Positions 26,174 to 32,000 of a DNA stretch of 32,000 nucleotides are shown piece by piece. Within the stretch, counting starts at the first letter, position 1. The number at the start of each line of letters is the position of its first letter. The notes under the pieces were generated by a model. It saw only the letters and a list, made by a program, of their open reading frames with translations, did no database searches and was not told the DNA's origin. The stretch covers positions 28,330-60,329 of the forward strand of contig DAOVER010000018.1 in NCBI GenBank assembly GCA_030668875.1, written 5' to 3'. Position numbers and translations under genes: made by a program. The DNA is from Candidatus Heimdallarchaeota archaeon. GTDB lineage: Archaea > Asgardarchaeota > Heimdallarchaeia > Heimdallarchaeales > Heimdallarchaeaceae.

Positions 26174-29100
26174 ATGAAGAAATTATCTGAATCCTTTAAA
26201 AGAGGATTTGCAATTTGTCTATTTTTGTGCTTAGTGATGAGTATAGTACTCAGTTTTAACTTGGTTAACACAAGAATACAAAATACTGTTTTTGATAATA
26301 ATGAAGAATACTCTAATGAAATATGTACACAAAATAGTCAAGACTATAAAATGGCTTATGTGGAACGTACAACCCCTATAAATATAGTAGGTGATGGTTC
26401 TTTAGCATCTTTTAGTACTTCAGGAGATGGAAGTGAAGGTGATCCATATATAATTAACAATTATAATGTTACAGCAACTACCTTCGAAGCAGCTATTTAC
26501 GTTTCGGGTACGACAATGCATTTTGTTATTCGTGACAACTATTTTGATGGAGTGAATTATGGAATACAGATCACATCTACTGTTGCTGATGGAACAGCAA
26601 GTATAATAAATAACACCTGTGTAAATAATGCTATTACTGGAATAGTAATAACTTCCAGTACGAATACCACAATAGAAGGGAATAATTGCACAAACAATGG
26701 GGATGGTATATATCTCTCTCATGGAGCATATTCTAATATAACAAGTAACACTTTTTCGGACAATACAGGTACTGGAATAATCTCTAGTAATAGTGCACTA
26801 GTGAACGTTGATAACAATACTTGTATAGATAATGCTCGCGGTATAGAAATTTCAGTTGGTAGTAATACAACTGTAACTAATAACAATTGCTCAGAGAATA
26901 CTGGGTATGGGATTTATCTTTATTTTTCTAGTTATCTTGAAGTAGTAAACAACACTTGTGAAAACAACAGTAACCATGGAATATATCTAACTTCTGCTTT
27001 TTCTCCATCTGTAATTAATAATACCTGTTCAGGAAATGACAATGGAATCTATGTTTACGATTCTGATTCTTCAATTATAACAAACAATACATGTTCAAAT
27101 AATGACAATGATGGAATATATGCAGAAGAATCTGCACCTACGACTGTAATTAATAACACTTGTGAGAACAATGGGAAAGATGGAATATACCTTAGGTATT
27201 CAAGTAATGTAGTAGCAAATAATACTTGTATAAATAACGACAACTCTGGAATATATTTACTAGGTCCTTATAATTCTATCATCACTAATAACACATGTAG
27301 TGAGAATAATGGATATGGACTATATACATTTTCAGCAAGCTATTCCAATATAACTAACAATATTTTTGTAAACAATTTTAATGAAGTATCGGAATATGGT
27401 TATGGATTATACTTAAGAGGTTACCACCCTAATATAATAGATCATAATATTTTCATAAACAACAGTATAGGGCAAGATTCACAAGCACACGGTGATACAG
27501 TAAATACTTGGTATGATGTAAATACAAATGAAGGAAACTACTGGTCAAACTGGAATGGAACAGGAAGTTATACAATAAGCGGTCCAGGAAATGGAGTAGA
27601 CCTCTACCCATTGAATGTAATAGATACCGATAGTGATGGGATAGATGATAGAGAAGAAAAGTATCTATATGGAACCGACCCTAACAACAATGACACAGAT
27701 AGCGATTCCATGCCCGATGGTTGGGAAGTCGATAACAGTCTCAATCCTCTAGTTGATGATTCTGCTTTAGATCCTGATGGAGATACTCTAACCAACCTCC
27801 AAGAATATACAAATAACACTGACCCCCATGACAACGATTCAGACGATGATGGACTTTTAGATAATGAAGAAATTGTAGCTGGAACCGATCCCAATGACAG
27901 TGACTCAGACGATGATTTGATGCCTGATGGTTGGGAAGTCGATAATGGTCTCGATCCACTAAATATTTCTGATGCTTCATCAGATCCAGATGGTGATAGT
28001 CTAACCAATTTAGGGGAATATACTAATGGTACTGACCCTAACAACAATGACACAGATAGCGATTCCATGCCTGATGGTTGGGAAGTCGATAACAGTCTCA
28101 ATCCTCTAGTTGATGATGCTTCCTTAGATTCCGACAGTGATGGCTTAACTAACCTTGAAGAATATACAAATAACACTGACCCCCATGACAACGACACCGA
28201 CAGTGATTCCATGCCTGATGGCTGGGAAGTGGACAATGGTCTTAACCCTCTCATTGATGATGCTTCTTTAGATCCCGATAGTGACGGTTTAACTAATCTT
28301 GAAGAATATACTCAAAATACTGACCCTCAAGATAATGACACAGACAACGATTCTATGCCCGATGGTTGGGAGGTTAACAACAGTCTTAACCCTCTAGTTG
28401 ATGACTCTAGTTTAGATCCTGATGGTGACACTCTAACTAATCTTGAAGAATATACTAATGGTACTGACCCTCAAGACAATGATTCAGATGATGACGGACT
28501 TTTGGATAATGAAGAGATTGTAGCTGGAACCGATCCCAATGACAGTGACTCAGACAACGATGGTATGCCTGACGGTTGGGAAGTTGATAATAGTCTCGAC
28601 CCTCTAGTTGATGACTCTAGTTTAGATCCTGATGGTGATACTCTGACCAATCTCGAAGAATATACTAATAACACTGACCCTCTTGATAATGACTCAGACG
28701 ATGATGGACTTTTAGATAATGAAGAGATTGTAGCTGGAACCGATCCTAATGACAGTGACTCAGATAACGATTCCATGCCTGACGGTTGGGAAGTCGATAA
28801 CAGTCTTAATCCTCTAGTTGATGATGCTTCCTTAGATCCCGATACAGACGGTTTAACCAACTTTGAAGAATATACAAATAACACTGATCCGAATAACAAC
28901 GACACTGACAGTGATTCCATGCCTGATGGCTGGGAAATCGACAATGGTCTTAACCCTCTCATTGATGATTCTTCTTTAGATCCTGATGGAGATACTCTAA
29001 CTAATCTTGAAGAATATACTAATGGTACTGACCCTCAAGACAATGATTCAGATGATGACGGACTTTTAGATAATGAAGAGATTGTAGCTGGAACCGATCC

Positions 29101-30382
29101 AAACGACAATGACTCAGATGATGATTTGATGCCTGATGGTTGGGAAGTCGATAACAGCCTTAATCCTCTAGTTGATGATGCTTCCTTAGATCCCGATAGT
29201 GATGATCTAACTAATCTTGAAGAATATACTTATGATACTTACCCTCAAGACAATGATTCAGATGATGATGGTTTCACCGATGGGTTAGAAGTTACACTTG
29301 GTACAGACCCTACTGACAACTCTGATTATCCCTCTTTTTACGATTTAGACAATGATGGAATGAACGATATCTGGGAAGATCAATATGGATTAAATACTGA
29401 GCTTGATGACTCTGCATTAGATCCTGATTCTGATGGGCTTTCAAACTTAGAAGAATATCTAAATAGTACTGATCCTACTGATTCTGATACTGACGATGAT
29501 GGTATGCCTGATGGTTGGGAAGTCGATAATGGTACAAACCCACTGGTTATGGATGCTTATTCTGACCTTGATAGTGATGGACTGGATAATTTAGGAGAAT
29601 ATACTAATGGAACTGATCCAACAGATTCCGATACTGATGCTGATGGTATTCCTGATGGCTGGGAAGTCGATAACAGCCTTAACCCTCTCGTTGATGATGC
29701 TTCATTTGACCCTGATAGTGATGATTTAACCAACCTTGAAGAATATACCAACAACACCGATCCCAATGACCGGGATACCGATAATGATGCGATACCAGAT
29801 GGTTGGGAAGTCGATAATGGTACAAACCCACTGGCTAATGATGGTATGGAAGATTACGATATGGATGGTTTAACTAACTACGTGGAATATATGAATACTA
29901 ATACAGATCCTCTCGACAGTGACACTGATGATGATGGAATGTCTGACGGTTGGGAATATGATAATGGTCTTAACCCACTTGATGCTTCTGATGCTTCTTT
30001 AGATCCCGATGGTGACGGTTTGACTAATCTCGAAGAATATTCTTACAATTCTAATCCAAATAGCACTGATTCTGACTACGATGGTATGCCTGACGGTTGG
30101 GAAGTCGATAATGGTCTTGATCCTTCAGTTAATGATGCAGGTTACGATCCTGATGGTGATAATTTAACTAATTTAGACGAGTACAATAACAACACTAATC
30201 CCAACAATTCTGATACTGATGGTGACGGTTGGAGTGATAGTGAAGAATTGTTTACTCATGGTACCGATCCTACTGACCCAGAAGATCATCCTGAGGATAC
30301 TAATGACTCAAGTATTTTTCTATTCGCTTCAGTTCTTACACTTCTAGCTCTAACTTTTACTTTAAGAAAAAGAAGAAACTAA
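26174..30382 (+). CDS. 1402-aa surface protein: NosD beta-helix + long Asp-rich thrombospondin type-3-like Ca-binding repeats + C-terminal TM anchor
   Basis: Signal peptide, GDGSEGDPYII, NNTCxxN coils, about 15 PDGWE-type units, TM plus RKRRN. Confidence 0.87.
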   Translation: MKKLSESFKRGFAICLFLCLVMSIVLSFNLVNTRIQNTVFDNNEEYSNEICTQNSQDYKMAYVERTTPINIVGDGSLASFSTSGDGSEGDPYIINNYNVTATTFEAAIYVSGTTMHFVIRDNYFDGVNYGIQITSTVADGTASIINNTCVNNAITGIVITSSTNTTIEGNNCTNNGDGIYLSHGAYSNITSNTFSDNTGTGIISSNSALVNVDNNTCIDNARGIEISVGSNTTVTNNNCSENTGYGIYLYFSSYLEVVNNTCENNSNHGIYLTSAFSPSVINNTCSGNDNGIYVYDSDSSIITNNTCSNNDNDGIYAEESAPTTVINNTCENNGKDGIYLRYSSNVVANNTCINNDNSGIYLLGPYNSIITNNTCSENNGYGLYTFSASYSNITNNIFVNNFNEVSEYGYGLYLRGYHPNIIDHNIFINNSIGQDSQAHGDTVNTWYDVNTNEGNYWSNWNGTGSYTISGPGNGVDLYPLNVIDTDSDGIDDREEKYLYGTDPNNNDTDSDSMPDGWEVDNSLNPLVDDSALDPDGDTLTNLQEYTNNTDPHDNDSDDDGLLDNEEIVAGTDPNDSDSDDDLMPDGWEVDNGLDPLNISDASSDPDGDSLTNLGEYTNGTDPNNNDTDSDSMPDGWEVDNSLNPLVDDASLDSDSDGLTNLEEYTNNTDPHDNDTDSDSMPDGWEVDNGLNPLIDDASLDPDSDGLTNLEEYTQNTDPQDNDTDNDSMPDGWEVNNSLNPLVDDSSLDPDGDTLTNLEEYTNGTDPQDNDSDDDGLLDNEEIVAGTDPNDSDSDNDGMPDGWEVDNSLDPLVDDSSLDPDGDTLTNLEEYTNNTDPLDNDSDDDGLLDNEEIVAGTDPNDSDSDNDSMPDGWEVDNSLNPLVDDASLDPDTDGLTNFEEYTNNTDPNNNDTDSDSMPDGWEIDNGLNPLIDDSSLDPDGDTLTNLEEYTNGTDPQDNDSDDDGLLDNEEIVAGTDPNDNDSDDDLMPDGWEVDNSLNPLVDDASLDPDSDDLTNLEEYTYDTYPQDNDSDDDGFTDGLEVTLGTDPTDNSDYPSFYDLDNDGMNDIWEDQYGLNTELDDSALDPDSDGLSNLEEYLNSTDPTDSDTDDDGMPDGWEVDNGTNPLVMDAYSDLDSDGLDNLGEYTNGTDPTDSDTDADGIPDGWEVDNSLNPLVDDASFDPDSDDLTNLEEYTNNTDPNDRDTDNDAIPDGWEVDNGTNPLANDGMEDYDMDGLTNYVEYMNTNTDPLDSDTDDDGMSDGWEYDNGLNPLDASDASLDPDGDGLTNLEEYSYNSNPNSTDSDYDGMPDGWEVDNGLDPSVNDAGYDPDGDNLTNLDEYNNNTNPNNSDTDGDGWSDSEELFTHGTDPTDPEDHPEDTNDSSIFLFASVLTLLALTFTLRKRRN
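27623..30300 (+). repeat. Coding tandem repeats: 144-bp (48-aa) core with an optional 66-bp (22-aa) module
   Basis: PDGWE spacing is 144 bp (units near 28070 and 28214) or 210 bp (28358 to 28568). The GLLDNEEIVAGTDP module occurs four times with near-identical DNA. Confidence 0.9.
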
Positions 30383-30634
30383 ACTTTATTCTTTCTTTTT
30401 TTCTCCCCCTTTTTATTTTGATTTTTTTTACAGGTTATTTCCTTACTTCCAAATTGTTAAAGAAAGAAGCATAAAAATAAATTTAATCTTTTTTATTCAT
30501 CTATAGCCATTTAAGAATTCAACTGTCTTTTCGGAATGTTTTATAACTATCTGTGCAACTCACGTGTGAAGACAAAATATATGGTCTATTTATTTAATTA
30601 AATAGCTATTTAGAATATTCAATGAATTAGAAAG

Positions 30635-32000
30635 GTGAGTGAAATAGTAGTAACATTAGCGAGTCAGATAATTATCTCATTATGCTTTTTCATTGTCATT
30701 TTCCTAATATTCTCTGACAAATTAAACAGAGCTGTGGCTTCACTGACATCTGCAGTAGTAACTTATTTTGTTTTAATATTAATAAATGGAGAAGAATTTT
30801 CTATTATTGTTGATCTATTATTTGGAACGAAACCATATTTTGTCAATCTTCATTCCTTAATACTAATTCTTGGAATGATGTTTATTGTACAAATTTCTGC
30901 TGAAGTGGGTCTATTTCAGTTTCTAGGTATTTTAGCAATAAAACTCTCTAAAGGTAAACCTATTGCTTTAATGTCTATTCTCTGTGTAATCTCAGTACTA
31001 TTTTCTGCTGTTATTAACAACATACTAACTGTCATGATACTGATTCCGCTAACGATAACTATCTCTCGTATTCTAAAAATAGATCCCACCCCCTATATTC
31101 TAACTGAAGCAATATTGGTGAATATTGGTGGAACGTTCTTCTCTATATCATCCATTCCAAACATACTCATTACTACAGCAACAGAAATTACTTTTGCTGA
31201 ATACTTTCTAAACGTTGGTTTGTTCTCACTTGCCATGGCTGGAATAACAATATTCTTCTTCATTTTCATGTACAAAAAGGATTTCAGCAAACCAGGTAGA
31301 AGGTTAGTTGATACTTTAGATGAATTTAATGTCTGGAACTTTGTGCAGAGTAAAAGACTACTGTATGCATCAATGGCTAGTATAGGTCTCTTAATGGTGG
31401 GGTTCGTACTCATTGGACCTGTAATCCCCGCAGATGCTGTCCCTCCAGACATTTTTGCCTTTACTGTTGCAATGATACTAACAATCTTTAGTGCAATTCT
31501 AGGCTTAAAACCAAAAGAAATCATAAAAAGTTTTGATCTAGAGCTGATACTCTATTTACTTGGGATATTCGTTCTAGCTGGAGCTTTGGAAACTGTTGGA
31601 ATTATTGAACTCTTAGGTAATCTGCTTAGCGGAATTAGTTCGGTTAATCCTACATTTCAAATAATAATGTTGGTGTGGATATCTGCATTTCTCAGTTCTT
31701 TGATAGATAATATACCGATAACCAAGGTCATGATACCTCTTGTAAATGCTATGAATACTAATGCAAGTGTCTTCTATGGACTTTCAATGGGTGCCAATTG
31801 GGGAGATAATTTGACTCCACTTGGTGACAATATCCTTGTTCTCAATCTTGCTGAACAACACAATCGTCCAATAAAAATGATAACCTTTTGGAAACTAGGA
31901 TTTACTACAACACTTCTTCAGTTATACTTAGGTACAGCTTATTTTACTTTCTTTTCAATAGATACATACTACATCGGTTTAATTATGATTTTCGCTGTTC
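30635..32000 (+). CDS. ArsB/NhaD/SLC13-type (P-protein-like) permease, partial (runs off window; absent from the ORF track)
   Basis: GTG at 30635 gives MSEIVVTLASQIIISLCFFIVIFLIFSDKLNRAVA..., LILGMM, SAVINNILT, NIGG...PN, SSLIDNIP, GANWGDNLTPLGDN. The frame at the window end is consistent with this start. Confidence 0.85.
   Translation, partial: MSEIVVTLASQIIISLCFFIVIFLIFSDKLNRAVASLTSAVVTYFVLILINGEEFSIIVDLLFGTKPYFVNLHSLILILGMMFIVQISAEVGLFQFLGILAIKLSKGKPIALMSILCVISVLFSAVINNILTVMILIPLTITISRILKIDPTPYILTEAILVNIGGTFFSISSIPNILITTATEITFAEYFLNVGLFSLAMAGITIFFFIFMYKKDFSKPGRRLVDTLDEFNVWNFVQSKRLLYASMASIGLLMVGFVLIGPVIPADAVPPDIFAFTVAMILTIFSAILGLKPKEIIKSFDLELILYLLGIFVLAGALETVGIIELLGNLLSGISSVNPTFQIIMLVWISAFLSSLIDNIPITKVMIPLVNAMNTNASVFYGLSMGANWGDNLTPLGDNILVLNLAEQHNRPIKMITFWKLGFTTTLLQLYLGTAYFTFFSIDTYYIGLIMIFAV

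Noticed and set aside
27604-29766. Minus-strand Ser-rich ORFs (27604-28254, 28471-28962, 29557-29766) and a CRISPR-like periodicity
   Set aside because: These are antisense shadows of the Asp-rich coding repeats. The repeats are codon-phased with synonymous variation and have no unique spacers.
30590-30613. AT-only palindromes upstream of the permease
   Set aside because: Expected by chance in very AT-rich intergenic DNA; no second copy was found.
31093-31524. 143-aa minus-strand ORF
   Set aside because: Antisense to the permease frame, which carries the family motifs.

Overview
AT-rich prokaryotic window with archaeal-style signals (GGTGA ribosome-binding sites, TATA-like boxes, U-tract terminators). 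The gene style (many NosD/beta-helix and C-terminally anchored surface proteins with Lys/Arg tails) suggests an Asgard, Heimdallarchaeia-like host; that assignment is inference only. The standout element is a ~2.7 kb IS607-family transposon (~7834-10523). It carries an intact serine recombinase tnpA and an unusually large (638 aa) TnpB whose RuvC triad reads D436/E535/H620 instead of D/E/D. A compact downstream structured RNA contains an 8-bp hairpin whose loop is perfectly complementary to the sequence next to the predicted guide. The element appears to sit just after the start codon of a membrane-protein gene controlled by a neighbouring ArsR regulator: the same palindrome lies upstream of both genes, and the ArsR carries a C-terminal 4-Cys cluster. 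The rest is an accessory/cell-surface region with a frameshifted methyltransferase, an MDR oxidoreductase, a rhodanese-TusA fusion, two membrane metal-dependent hydrolases, a histidine phosphatase, a PadR-like regulator plus polyprenol kinase, and TetR plus SDR with two operators. It also holds two dispersed paralogues of an unnamed Cys-paired 4-TM family, tandem 7-bladed propeller-FN3 surface proteins, an F390-synthetase-like plus HGSNAT-like pair, a 1402-aa NosD plus Asp-rich repeat protein, and a partial ArsB/NhaD-type permease. I saw no rRNA, tRNA or CRISPR array. No database searches could be run, so all family calls come from motifs read by eye.
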